Notes: generated by a model not told the origin, from the letters alone. Shown: positions 36,209 to 48,884, counted from the first letter of the whole stretch. The stretch: DNA of 63,781 bases, filler included, from Klebsormidium nitens (GCA_000708835.1; 9 parts of 9 records of this genome joined end to end with filler, not necessarily neighbours in it); one strand, 5' to 3'. A program made the numbers and translations.

Positions 36209-38658
36209 CTACTCAACACCTCCAAGCTTCCTCTGCTTGATCCCATACTTGCTCAGTCCCATGAAAAGGAACAGGCCTGCATGCCACGTACCTAGCCAGA
36301 TCCACGAAGGGTCATTCGGGGGCGGCCTTGCGGGCCAGCTAAGGAGGTTTGGGCCGGCCGTCTTCAGGAACAAGGACAGCAAGCTTTCTCCATCAACAAT
36401 CGGAATGCTTGAAATAGCCCCCCACCCTCCCATGGAAACTCCTTGCAAGAGCCAATTACCAACTTCATCTCGGAAGCCCGCCATCACACCGGTGTGTAGA
36501 ACAGGACTCTTGTTAAGGCGTCGTTCCAACCCTCTGAAGAAGGAAAGGACAAAGGGTTGATCAACAAATCTGCTTTTTGAAGCGAGTCAATGTATCAATT
36601 ACAACAAGTCAAACATGACTTTTTCACAAGGTCCAAGACTACATGAGCCTCGTCTGGGCTACTGTTATATGCACATCATCAGGGCATAGTGCCACAGCAT
36701 CTGAACTCGTCACTTCAAACTGATCACAAATCTCAATTGTCATCCCGCTCAACAAGGCTTGCCAGGCAGAAACCAGAAATGCTGAGCAACTTCTAACTTC
36801 AACAAGGTAGTCAAACGCTGGATAGCCTGCTGTTCCAGCTTCTGCTATGCCAAACTTGATGAAAGAACAGAGACACTTACTTGACTGCCTCCACTCCAAG
36901 GAGCCACAACGCCGGCTTGAAAAGTGGGGTCGTGAAGTGGGTTAACGGGCCCTTGAGCAAGAGGGTGAACGAGTACGTCACCCGCGTCCTTCCAGGCCCG
37001 TCGCCAAAGAAAGTGAAGGTGTCAATAGATCTATGTGCGATGGACTGCGCCAGGTAGCTGACCCGCGCGACGGGGACGTCCCTTGGCCAATCAATGTACT
37101 GCCACTCTCTGGCTGGCTCATAGTCAATAACAGTGTACCTGGAAAGCCAGCGAGGCAGCAAAGCAGGTGAGAAGGGCATGAAAAAAGGGCATGAACAAAG
37201 TGCAAGAGAATTCTATGCATGAACACCCGTTCGTGGTGCAATAAATTACAAACTCTGTGGAAGGACTTTACCTAAAGCAGCAGAAATTTGGTAAGAAAGT
37301 AGACAAGCTCTCGACCAATGCACCTGAACACAAAAAAAACTGCTAGGGTATACAGGTCATTTCAATCATTGTAACATTGAGAAAAGATTTGCAACCACTT
37401 ACTGTGTAACTGCATACTTCTTGATGGGCCCAATCTTGAAGCACGACTCCAAGCTGAAAGTGGTGCCAACATCAATGATAGGACTTGCTGTGTCTTTCCA
37501 GGACCTGCAAAACCAGAGGGCGTTGAGCAACTTGACAAAATAAAGCTGGGGGTACTTGCATGTTATCCAGCGTTATTTAAACTCAAAATGAATACAAGGT
37601 CCAATGTGGGCTACTAATGCTGCCAGACACAGCACTTATGCCATCTCCTTCACGGTGACGAAAACAGGTCAAGAGATGCAGGTCCTCAGTGGTGCAACCA
37701 AGGCTGTTCCAATTAGGGCTCGTGCTTGCCATCCTTTGCCAAAGCTGAACCCAGGATCATCTGATGGAACTGATAAGCACTGCTTGTCATGAATGGAGCA
37801 TTCTTTGCGAAAACTCACACCTTTGGAAAGCACATGGACCTAAGAAAGGACCAATTCCGGCAGATGTTTCACGTCGAGCAATTCTCACTTGGGCAGGGCA
37901 GGGTCCCACTCTTCTGTGTGGCTCAGATCGGAAACATAATCAAAGACCTCCTGCACTGTCCCCTTGACCCGCGCGTTCCGCTTGAAGTTAACTGCAAAAG
38001 GGCTTTCCCAGAATGGCTTCTCTTCGCCTTCGATGCGGCCAGAGATGCCCGGTTCATCGTCCTTGGGAAGCTGAGTGGAGTTGCTCCTCCAAGGAACACC
38101 AACACCTTGCCTCACACTCCTGCACATTAGAGGCCTGATAGTAAGCTGGGATCAAACTATCAACCCTCATTTGGCTCAACGAGAGCACAAGTTGGTGCAT
38201 ACATGCAGGAGCATTAGGACGTACAGTAGGACAACGACCATGTAAACCTTTGACAAGGACTTGGTACAGAAAGATGGCTTCCCAACATCTTGATCCTGAC
38301 CCCTGTGTAACACGCTGACAGGTCACCCACAGGCGTCATCTCTTCAAGTAGTACCAACAATGCAGCAGAGTAGCTGTACGCACCTGCTTGTGCGCCGAGC
38401 ATTCGTCTTTGTGTCCCTAAAGATGGACGCAGTAACTGCAGCTTGCGCCCTCCCACTTTGCACAGACCGGACAGATCTGCTGTCCACAACCGCTGCCCCA
38501 AGGAAAGCTGAGGTCTGTCTCTGCACGCGCCCGTCCCATCTTCCGCTCAAAGTTGGCAGTGCCTCGCTGGAGTGCTGACGACTTGTTTTCACACTTACAT
38601 GCTGCACTCCCATAGAAACAACACCAGCCCTCTGCGCCACTGCCAGAGAGTGAGCCAT
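36209..38658 (-). CDS. SRPBCC/START-fold (polyketide cyclase-like) protein with transit-peptide-like N-terminus, 396 aa; join(38384..38658, 37889..38119, 37403..37504, 36881..37138, 36209..36533)
   Basis: VKGTVQEVFDYVSDLSHTEEWDP, VGTTFSLES, YTVIDYEP, TRVTYSFTL and C-terminal helix GVEAVKGLERRL. Five exons with in-frame GT-AG junctions (1191 nt). Confidence 0.85.
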
Positions 38659-39374
38659 ACCGTACTGCAGCCCCGTGTGCTTCTGGGATCCAAAAACTTG
38701 CAAGTACTTCCGCTGTGGTGCAAAACAGGGCAGAGCTTCTTGCCTTTCAAATCAAAAGCCCCCACACACGTAAAAAACTTCAGTACTTCAAGAACAATAT
38801 CGTCTTATCACCAGAGGTCTGCTAACAAGGTCTTTAGAAACAAACCCAGTACAGCACGACCATTAACCATCAAAACCACAGATGAGGCCACCGGTCTCCT
38901 AAGCCTGCGCAAGGAACCCTTCCACAAACAAAGGCCCGCCCAGACGACTCCGCATGGACCCTGACAAGGGCAAGAAGACTTCAACAAATCTCTGACCCTC
39001 TGGCTGCTGGCTCTCAGTACGGTATCTCGGGTCACGACCTGCCCACCACACGTGACTGTACGCACCACAGCTCATGAAAATGTACAAGCTTTCTACGCCA
39101 TTGCCGGGGCCCGCCCTTCTCTGAGAAGGTGTGAACGTCGTCGGCAACGTGGCGCTATCTCCGCCACAGTTTTCATCACCATCGAACTAGGAGGGGAACA
39201 AATCAGACAACAACCCAAGCAAACCGGAGCCCCGGCGGCGGCCGCCCGGGCAGGCCGCCCCGGCCCCGGGCCGCNNNNNNNNNNNNNNNNNNNNNNNNNN
39301 NNNNNNNNNNNNNNNNNNTTAATTAATTAANNNNNNNNNNNNNNNNNNNNNNNNNNNNNNNNNNNNNNNNNNNN

Positions 39375-40616
39375 CATTCCGCCACGTTCCCAAGCAGCGA
39401 AGGCGTAAGCTGAATCCGGTAAGCAAGCGATATGTTTCGTGGGGTACGAGCCGGACTCGAAGGCGTATAGGTTGCTCCAGGACCGTGACGGAGAGTTAAT
39501 CATATCTTGAGACGTCATGTTTGACGAGGGGATCCGGGGATATGGGGTTGTCGAGCTTGGCTCCGACCACACGGACGCTTTCAGACGGCGGAGGGTCACG
39601 GCGCATAGGTTCATACGGAGGTCCCGGAGGGACCAACACTGACGGTTGAACCTTCGCGCGAGGGCGACGTTGTGGCCGCGCGCGCGCCCGCTGACCCGCG
39701 GCCGCCGCGCGCGCTTTTACAAATGGGCCAAAATGAGGGCAAGTTTGAAACTGTGCGCGAGACCAGGGTCAGAGCCGGAAGAGATAGAGGAGGATAACGG
39801 GATGCAAACACCGGCTGCCCAGAGGTACCCCGCGCGTGAAAGACGTGCACCGGGGGAGTGGTACCGCGCTAACTTTACGTCGGAACTAAAGGCGGGGGAG
39901 CACCTCAAAGGGAAGGGGAGCACCCATAACCGCAGACCTATCAGGAAGCCGTGGGTGGAGAAGGAAGTGAACTATGGCGGAAGTCAATGAACGAGGAGAT
40001 GCGGTCTTTTTGGAAGAACGGGATCTAGGAGCTCGTCGAAATACCGGAAGGGGTCAAGCCGATTCCCATGAAGTGGGTTTAGGAAACCAAGCGGGACGCT
40101 CTCGGAAATGTGGAGGTACAAGCCCGGCTGATGGCGAAATGGTACCTGCAAAAGCTAGGAATTGGTTTTGAAGAAGTCTATGCTCAGATGAGCAAGCACA
40201 CATTGCGTGCATTGTTGGCGGTGGTCGCGAAGCGCAACTTTCGGAGCTGCACTAGCTGGACGTCAAGACGACGGTCCACAATGGGGAGCTGGAGAAGGAG
40301 ATCTGCAGCAGCCGCAGGGATACGAGCAAGGCGGGCCCAACATGGTCTACCGCCTTGAGCGCACCTTGTACGGGTTGCGCTCCGCGCCCCGTGCATGGCA
40401 CATGCGCCTGAAGAGGAGCTCGGGAACTTTGAGTTCGTGGCGTCAATGGCGGACGCGGCGCTCTTCACGGGAATAGTAGCCGAGGAGCGGGTCTACCTAG
40501 TGGTGTGGGGGGACGACATCCTAGTCGCAATTGGACAGCGGACCGCATTGCGAAGGTAAAGGCGCATTTGGGGGAGAAGTTCAACATGCGCGACTTGGGG
40601 AAGGCAAAATACTTCC
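39375..40616 (+). mobile_element. Degraded Ty1/copia integrase C-terminus and RT, interrupted by a nested element
   Basis: RRKLNPVSK..FVGYEPDSKAYR, DVMFDE, ERRAPGEWYRAN, KPIPMKWV, YKARLMAK, LDVKT, LYGL..APRAW, VWGDDILV-like and KFNMRDLGKAKYFL, ending at the junction with the nested LTR. Many frameshifts. Confidence 0.9.
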
Positions 40617-42240
40617 TTAGAATAATGTATCACATTAGTGTTTCTCCACTATCGTCTTACGGGTCTCTCCCGTTCCACTAGGCTCACAAGCCTAAAAAAC
40701 TACTACTAGGCTTATTAGCCTAGCTCACAAGTCACATTGAGTCTTAGCCTTCGATATCCTTCTCTACGGCTTACATTGACGATCGCTCTCAAACGCCTAA
40801 CCTTCAAACCGCCCAACTGGTTAACCGTCCAGCCAATGTGCACGCATGCCAGCGCTCATTAGTTCAAATCCTAACTCGGGCCGAACCCTAATCACAGAGT
40901 AATTTGGCTGACCACAATCACCAAATTCTAACACTTCCACTCAAACGAATTACTCTAAACCTCTAACTTGTTGCGCTCCTCTTGCGGGCTGTCTTCTTCG
41001 CCTTTGGCGTCACCTACGCCTCCACTTTCGCCATCGTCGCTCTACTCCGACGACGTCTTCTCCACTCAGTGCTCTGGTACTTCGGCTCCACGACTTCGGT
41101 TGTTGCTCCCACATTTGCGCGATACCACTCGGCCGACTCCCGTCGCGCTTGCGCGGTATATATACCCGAATCTCGGGACTCCACTACGGGCCTCTTTCTT
41201 ACCTGTTCCACACCGGCGGGCTCGCTCGCTCTCTATCGCCGTCGTTGGGCTCTCTTTGCAGTTTCAATCTCCTTGGACCCCTCCACAACTTCGCGCGCAA
41301 CTTCCCACAATCGGCCCACATTGACCCCTTTTGAATCTGTGCGCGCGGCGCGGGCGTGTGCACGTCTCCCTTGCACGTCAATCCAATTTTCGCCCCTTTT
41401 TCGACCATATTTGAACCTGTGCGGGGCTCCTCGTCCGGCCCCACAAACATTCCCCTCTCTCGTTCGACGCCCCTATTCTCATCGTTCGACTCGTCTATGT
41501 CGACCTCCACGTCCTTCACCGTCTTTTTCACCTCGCTTTCCGCTCTTACTGGCCTCTTTGCCGTGGCGCACACCCGGTCTTTCTTGACCGGTCCCCTCGC
41601 AAGGAATGCCCTCGGCTTCCCCACGATATCAATCTCCCACAGTCCTCCACGCTTAACTGCCTCCATACGGACCATGCCGTCCGTCTCTATCTGCGCAATT
41701 CTCCCCTCGAGCACTAGTCGTGCTCGCACGTCGGTTGCTCTCGTCGGAGAAATAACCTCGCATGTGCCCTCGGAGCATGCCGGATCCCTCAAGATTATTG
41801 TACTCTCACCGCTCGGGGTCTTACACTTAATCCACATCTCCAATGCCTACCGCAATCAGAGACTCACCACAGATGCCCATGATCTTCCCGTCACGCACGA
41901 GCTCTTTGTAGCTCGTGAATTGGCTCCGATTGGCCGTGACTTGTTGAGTGCTGCCCGAATCGACAATCCACATTCCTTTGCGCACATCCCCGTCGTTGCC
42001 ATATGCCGAAAGGCTACTCCATTTGCACCCCTCGCAAATTTTCTCTCCTCTACGCGCCCACTTGCGCGCGCACTCTTCCTACAGACCACCTCTGTGCGGC
42101 CCCTCTTGCCGCACTTGGCACTCCGCATTGCGTAACCTGCACTTTGCCTTCATGTGGCCCAGTTTGCCACATCAATAGCACGTTGGCGGGTTTGCGCTCC
42201 CGCCTCTCACCTCCGAGCTTTTCCCAACTCGTTTGAGCTT
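40615..42240 (-). mobile_element. Nested, internally deleted Ty1/copia derivative (gag/protease remnant, no integrase core or RT, 3' LTR ~40615-40933)
   Basis: Protease WIVDSGSTQ (41950-41970), degenerate knuckle CGKRGRTEVVC and linker ESAEWYRAN. Purine tract GAGTGGAAG (40934-40942), then LTR TGTTAGAAT at 40933. Confidence 0.75.
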
Positions 42241-43717
42241 CTCCGGCCCTTATCTACGCTCGGGTAGCCTCTATGCTTGGCAGCATACGCCACCGCTCAT
42301 GTCCACCCGAAATCCCCTCCAATGACCCCGCTTCAGCCCTCAACTTGAACTTACTGCTCTTTCTGCATTAGCTTTGGCTGCATCTCATCTAGGGTTAGCT
42401 CCTCTTTCTCAAGCTCCAAGAATTTCACAACGGTGGCGGCCTCTCCCGATAACCCTCCCATGCGTGCAAGGCCAGCTCACCCTCTAAATCTAGCTTGAGC
42501 TCCCAAGGTCTGCAGAGAATTGGGCCCCCTTTCTCCCGGGCTTTACGATCGAGTCAGGAAAGCAAACCCACGTGCAGCGCTAGGCGACAGTTCGTTGAGA
42601 CGTGGGGAGCAGAAAGAAAGAAAGGCTGACGACTTTAGCGGCAGCAGTGACTGTCCCACAACGAAAGGAGAGAAAGCTTGGATATATTGACATTCACGTG
42701 CAGAGGGCAAGACACCCCAACTCAGTGTCCTGCAGAGATAATAAAAATCTCACACAAGTTAGCGGCAACAGACTTTTCGAACGCAAACGACCGACCGTTA
42801 CCTCTCCATAGAGCCGAAGCCTATTAGCGTGGTGTCGGCGTTGTTTCGAAATGGATAGCAGCGGAACTTTTGAAGGTGCCAACGCCAACCATAAGCGCAA
42901 CAATGACAAAGGACGTTTCAGATGCACATAGCGGCTGAAAGACCATCAGAGTACTCGAAACCGTGAGGTCAGAATGTTGCCAACGCCAATGCCACCGCAT
43001 GCCTCACAAAACGAATGGGACATGCGGCTATGGATTGCAGGGATAATCATACCTTGTGCTTGCTGTCTGCAACAACCGCACCCGCAAGATTGTATGAAGC
43101 TTTGACGGACGGCTCGGGCTAGAGGGGTCGAAGCGGATGTGGATGCGGTTGGTCACACCGGTGGGGGTGAGCGGCCCCTAGAAATTATGCTCAAGTCTCA
43201 AAGTACCGAAGTTGTTATTGCCTGCAAATGGAAATTATGCTCGAAGCTCAAAGTATCGGAGTGGTTCTTGCCTGCAGAAACAAATTTCCCAATACGGTCG
43301 AAAAGCACTCTTTCTCGGAAACAAAGAGCCTCGGTCCAAATGCCACGAGCCGCCTGCAAAGAGATGCGTGCCGGCCACGAAAAGAGCGCCGTCAGTTGCT
43401 TATAACAGAGAGCATTAGTGCCGGCCACGAACACAAAGCGCTCTTGCTGTCTGAAATAAAATGAAAGAGTCGGTTGAGTACAGCTAGATTGCCCACTGAA
43501 GACATGTTGAAAGCAAGCGCCTTGGAGCGCGTTTCAAGTCAAGCACAACTACTAGGAAATGAGTGACCAATACAAGTCAATGGTCCAAGTCATAAATCCG
43601 TGGCTAGGTCTACTTGGTCGAGTCCAACTCTAGCTCTATGTGAGTCAACTCAAACATCAACGGCCTAGCCTCCGAGATTCCAACAAAGATGCCTATCCAA
43701 TGCTCCACACTGGCCTA

Positions 43718-43811
43718 GGGGGTAACTACCACTAGTGGGGGTAACTGCCAGTGGGGGTAAATGCCAGGGGGTAATTGCCAGTGGGGTAATTGCCAGTGGG
43801 GTAATTACCAC
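43718..43811 (+). repeat. Minisatellite, ~15-16-bp unit GGGGTAA(T/C)TGCCAGT x6
   Basis: Six imperfect units read directly from the sequence. Confidence 0.9.
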
Positions 43812-44374
43812 TCTATCAAACTCAATGAAACGGCTACGAAATCATCTAGGATCTTAGGGCGTGCTCACACAATAGTAGTACTACCCAGATCCAACAAGAC
43901 AAGCGCAATGCTACGAATCGACAATGTTGCCAGCCTCGGTGCAAATACACGACGTCGTCTGCAAAGGGGCGGGTGCCCGCTTTGAACAAGGGTACTGCCA
44001 ACCTCGGGTCGAACGAAAGAAGTTGTTTGCGGACAAAGAGCGCCTGCAGCCGCTTGCAATTAGAGCCTCAGCATAACGCCCAGTGCTACAAAGAAAAAGG
44101 GCCGCCCGCCAACAGCCCACCAACACAGCCTACTGCCGATCCCACAACGGCCGCTATGTTTGGTAAGCTATCATCCGCAGAGCTAGGTCAAATGCAGTGA
44201 AACGGCCCGCTAAGAAGAGCGCCCCTCCCCACATTCACGACCAATCATTGCCCACCAGAGAGGGAAGGGCCGTCGGCTGCCCAATGTCGTAAAAAGAGAC
44301 CCTGCCGCAAGTCACAAAGGGGAAGTGTTCCTCTAAACAGAACACTGCCCGCTACAAGAAAGTGGATGGCAAAA

Positions 44375-44466
44375 GAGTGAGCCTAGTAGGCTAGTGAGCC
44401 AAGTGGAACGGAAGAGACCCGTAGTCTTATAGTGGTGGAAACCACTATTCTGGTATATCATTCTAA
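44375..44466 (+). repeat. LTR-end fragment of the 40615-40933 LTR family, opposite orientation
   Basis: Its reverse complement (ttagaatga...ccactata..tacgggtctcttccgttccacttggctcac) matches 40617-40690. Confidence 0.7.
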
Positions 44467-44736
44467 GAGAAGTTTTTGGAGAGAAGGAAGCCGCNNNNNN
44501 NNNNNNNNNNNNNNNNNNNNNNNNNNNNNNNNNNNNNNTTAATTAATTAANNNNNNNNNNNNNNNNNNNNNNNNNNNNNNNNNNNNNNNNNNNNTCATGC
44601 GCCGAAGTTGCGATTGAGTCAATAATGCAGCCTTCAAGGCCTTCAACATGACATGTATCATTATAAATGTCAAGCAATCTGGTATTGTACAGTGTTCTGT
44701 TTCAAAACATCTACTGCAAACTGGCATGCCCTGCTG

Positions 44737-46411
44737 CTACCTGTAAAACTTGTTTCGGTACCGGAGTTCCTGGCCTCGCGTTTGCGACTTTTTAGGAAGC
44801 ATCATTTCGACCAATATGAGCGACTCTATCGGCTCGACGGCAACGCTCGGCTCCTTGCGCCGCGTGGCCTCCCACTGTACAATGTCGCAATTCACGGCGT
44901 CCCTCCAGCCCGTGACCCTAAACCACCTGAGGAAAACGAGGTGATGCTCTATGGGTTTCCACACTGACTGCTGCTCGTTCTCATCCCACTCGAGTACCCG
45001 GTGGCGTGCTTTGAAGAACACCATAGCTCGACCGTACCAAATTTCTTTGGCCCCGGTTCTGCTGTTTGCGCCCTCCACAGCCACGTCACTGAAGATCGGT
45101 CGGCCGTGGAAGCTGGGGATAGCCTGCGCCGCTTGCACCCTCCCGCGGCCACCCGCGTGCGGGACGATGTAGCAGGAAGACACGATGTGCACCTGCAATT
45201 CAAAATCTCAGGACGTTCCTGAAGGGACCTATCATTCCAAAGCGATGCAGCTGAGATTTAGTGCCTTGTGCAAACACTCCCCTTGGATTCAAGCGTAACC
45301 TCGTGCAGCTGGTTCTCTGACGAGCAATAAACAAGTGTTTGTGTGATATGTACTTACTCGTGGATCGATGTTGTGCTTCGAGCGAAGGTATTGGAGTGGA
45401 TTGAGGCGGCGGAGAGCGGCGCCCGTCAAGTTGCCGACGTGTTCGGCGAAGTGGGTGCCCAAAGCAGCGGGAAGCTTGCGTAAGAGCGGCTGGGCCCGCA
45501 GCAGTTGCAGGAACGCGACTCGTTGTTTGTGACCTGTGGAATGCATTTGCAAAGAGTTGTGATAACCCGCATCACGACGATTAGTATTTGGAGCGGGCAC
45601 TGGGGAAAAGCACCTCAAAGTTTAAAAGGAATGCCAGCGTGCGCAGGTAGAACCAAAACACTGGGCGTTTTAGTTGGAGAGTCTCACCGTCAAAAATCAT
45701 GTCTGTAGGCGAGTTCACGTCCACCAGCATGTTAGACCAGAACGCGGCAAACCGATACTTCAGCGGAAGCATGTTTTCGTCGCCGTTAATGGCCTTCATG
45801 ATCGCGCTGTCGTAAGCGCCTCTCTGTCGGACCACCTCCGCAATCTGCGCTCGCTGGGCCTCGATAGTGTCCAGGGCGATCGCACGAAGCCACCTGCAAC
45901 ACCGCACAGCCACTCAGATCGGTTTGGAAGCTCGCTAAAAGGATGCAATACACTCATCAGAATAATCACTTGGACCACTTGCAGTTCCCCGCATCCTTAC
46001 GCTGCTTGAACTTTGCTTGCAAGTTTACTTCACTCACGCTTCGAACATCGCTTCGTCAACATTCCTCCCGTTCATGCTGGACCACCAAATCTTGACCCAG
46101 TGGTGCTCGTGCTCTCCCCTCTCCGTGGATGTCCAGCGAGTGGCCCCTAGGCGCCGAACGGTGGCAGTGAACTTGGAGAGGTCGTGATACTTGCGGAAGT
46201 TCCACGCCGAATTCTGCAGGCCGGCGATCGCGGTGCACTTGTCGTCAAAAAGGCGGAGCAGACGGTCGGACTCCTTTAGGGTATCCTCGTTGTGGATGCC
46301 CTTTTCGAGCCAAAAGGTCGCCTGAACCCAGTCCACCAAAGCCACCGCCCATTCCACGAGGAGGTCTACCCCGTTTGAACGGAACAGACCTGACACCAGG
46401 ATCGGGAGCAC
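44737..46411 (-). CDS. Plavaka-type (CMC-related) transposase, 3' part, spliced and uninterrupted; join(46038..46411, 45688..45893, 45358..45533, 44737..45192); 5' part in gap
   Basis: SAWNFRKYHDL, TSTERGEHEHHWVK..MNGRNVDEAM, AIPSFHGRPIFSDVAV, WYGRAMVFF and LVFLRWF match the Plavaka/EnSpm-related C-terminal pattern. Three GT-AG introns (phases 2, 1, 0) restore a single frame to the stop at 44737. Confidence 0.75.
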
Positions 46412-46710
46412 CTGAAGATGCAACATAGGGAGGGTATGAGTTGGAGGACAGATTAANNNNNNNNNNNNNNNNNNNNNNNNNNNNNNNNNNNNNNNNNNNN
46501 TTAATTAATTAANNNNNNNNNNNNNNNNNNNNNNNNNNNNNNNNNNNNNNNNNNNNCCAAAAACTCAGAATGTTCCCAGGGCGCAAAACGCTGTCCCAGC
46601 TGACCGCGCTGTCCCCAAGTCGTTTCAGAAGTCAGAAAGGGTCCCCTGGCTGTCCCAGCCGTCCCGGCTGTCCCGACCGATCGGATGCCGACACGTGGCA
46701 ACGCTCTCAC

Positions 46711-47241
46711 CTGCAGTGTGGCGGTCTTGAAAGAAGGGGCGTCCTCCAAAGCTACATTGTGGTTGTCGGCAAGCTTGATGCTTTCGCTGTCGGCGCCCTG
46801 CGACGTCGGATGGGTGCCATTGGGAGTCCATGGCTGCCAAGAAGGACGAGAGAGCGGTTGGATGGAATCTGACGTTGGTCTTAGGGAGTGGATTTGGAGA
46901 TTGTGATTGTGGCCAGAGATGTAACAGGAACTTAAAAAGGTGTGTAAGAAGCAGGATATTTAAGAATAGAGTATGTCTGGGGCACTTGATGAGGCACTTG
47001 GACTTCCTTTAAATGATGTGTTCATTTGAAAGCCTAACAGAAACGTGCATCGATTATGGTATGATAAAGCAGATGGGTTGATTGTGAACTCTGTATCCAA
47101 AACCATGGGGAATTTGCACCAGTAAGATAGACGAAATCCATGATGTCTCACCGGTTTTTCAGCGCTGCATCCATTCTGCTCAAGCAATCTGCTTTGCCGA
47201 TACTCCATCCAAACTGAGCTACTCATGTCTTCGATGGCCAT
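46711..47241 (-). CDS. Tentative 5' exons (47152..47241, 46711..46833), possibly of the Plavaka gene
   Basis: ATG at 47241 follows an in-frame stop. Donors CCG|GTGAGA and CAG|GTGAGA and acceptor GGCAG|CCA are all phase 0. No recognisable domain. Confidence 0.35.
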
Positions 47242-47587
47242 GACAACAGAAAACTAATGTTTCCTCAGCATACTCCTTGCTTGCCGCCTCTTCAACAAGA
47301 TAAAACAGAATGCTCAGTATTGAGTGTTCTGAGTTGTCTGCGTCAAGGCCTCATATCGGAGACCAAGTAAAATAGCCAAGTGCTTGCAGTCTGCTGTGGA
47401 GGCCGTCATACATACACTCACATGAGGTGTGCTGACCGGGGACGGTAACGTTTGTGCCCCAAGAAATGGCGGGACTGAGGAATTTGACCGCCACGTACTA
47501 CATTAGCACGCGTGTCAGTCAGTATTGTGAGTCAGCAAGTGACCACGTGATAAACAGGACATCTGGCAGTCACATGCTCCGTTGAGA

Positions 47588-47776
47588 AAACCCTGTTGGA
47601 TCTGGGAGCTCAACAAACCCTGTTGGACCTGGGAGCTCAACAAACCCTCATGGACCTGGGAGCTCAACAAACCCTGTTGGATCTGGGAGCTCAACAAACC
47701 CTGTTGGACCTGGGAGCTCAACAAACCCTGTTGGACCTGGGAGCTCAACAAACCCTGTTGGACCTGGGAGCTCAAC
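47588..47776. repeat. Tandem repeat, 27-bp unit AAACCCTGTTGGA(C/T)CTGGGAGCTCAAC x7, followed by an inverted partial unit
   Basis: Seven near-identical units, then AGGGTTTGTT (reverse complement of the unit junction) and CTGGGAGCTCAAAC. Confidence 0.95.
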
Positions 47777-48452
47777 AGGGTTTGTTCTGGGAGCTCAAAC
47801 CGTTACCTTGCCCTGACTCGGAAAAGGTGACTGCTGGACTTCATGTTTCTACGTACAACAGTCAAACTGAGATGTCAAAATTATGGCCCTGCTAGTTGGA
47901 CTTGGGCATGAGGTTCCTACCCAAGTCATTGGTATGTACCGGGGAGACTCACGTAACGTGCCCAGCAGTAACTTTCCGAGTGAATCTAGGGCACACTCAG
48001 TGTCCCCGGCTCTCTTCGGTGCGCCACGTGGCAAATGTGCTCCGGATGTTCAGGAAGGGGTCAGACTGGGGTCAGTGCCCGGTGGGTCGAGTCGGGTTCG
48101 AGGTTCCGCCGTTTGCGGCGCGAGTCAATTCGTAGCGGGTTTGGATTTAACCGAGGTCTAACCTGGTCCGGAATTCGGTTCGCGAGTGTGTTCCGAGTCA
48201 AAATTTAGTCTGGCGGGGGGTCCATCGGACGGTGGAGAATATTCCGGAGGCTTCCCCCGGGCCGTCAGATAACTCCGATTTCACCAGTCCCTAATAGTGT
48301 TTCTGGCCAGACTTCTGGTCCGGTATCTGAATATTTAGCCACATAGCCAGTCAGCCAATGGAGATTCCAAAACCGGAATCTTCCCGTGCCATGTGCTCCG
48401 TGTGCAAGCTTTCTAGCCACGCATAATACTATAAAGAAGTACAAGCTAGATC

Positions 48453-48884
48453 CCCGGGGCGGCAACTGATGTTTTAAACGTAGAGGTGATCGGAAAAAAA
48501 CATGGATATACCGTGGCTCGCTCTTGTTTTAAAACATGACTTTTATGTTTTAAACAGCCTAAAACACGTTTAAAACCTCAAAAACACGGTTTAAACTTGT
48601 TTAAAACAAAAAACATGTTTGTTTTATTTGTTTTCTACCTTCAGAAAATCGTGGCTTTGCCCTATTATATCTACAAACATGTTTTCAGGTTTTAAACATG
48701 TTTACGAATGTTTTTTATCTAAAGGGGGGTTCATTTTCAAAACCAAGTATGTTTTTGGAGAGCTCTCGTTGAGCTCTATTTGAAAACATAGACGAATATG
48801 TCCAATCTATTTCGGTTGGCCAGAAAAAGATTGTTTCATGTCAAAAACATGGGTCAACTTTACGGCCCTAGTTGCCGCCCCGGG
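48453..48884. mobile_element. hAT-family MITE, 432 bp, AT-rich interior
   Basis: Perfect 15-bp TIRs CCCGGGGCGGCAACT (48453-48467 and 48870-48884) with a perfect 8-bp TSD GCTAGATC (48445-48452 and 48885-48892). An 8-bp TSD is characteristic of hAT. Confidence 0.93.

Noticed and set aside
47588-47776. CRISPR-like appearance of the 27-bp repeats
   Set aside because: Units are contiguous with no unique spacers, there are no cas genes, and the context is eukaryotic.
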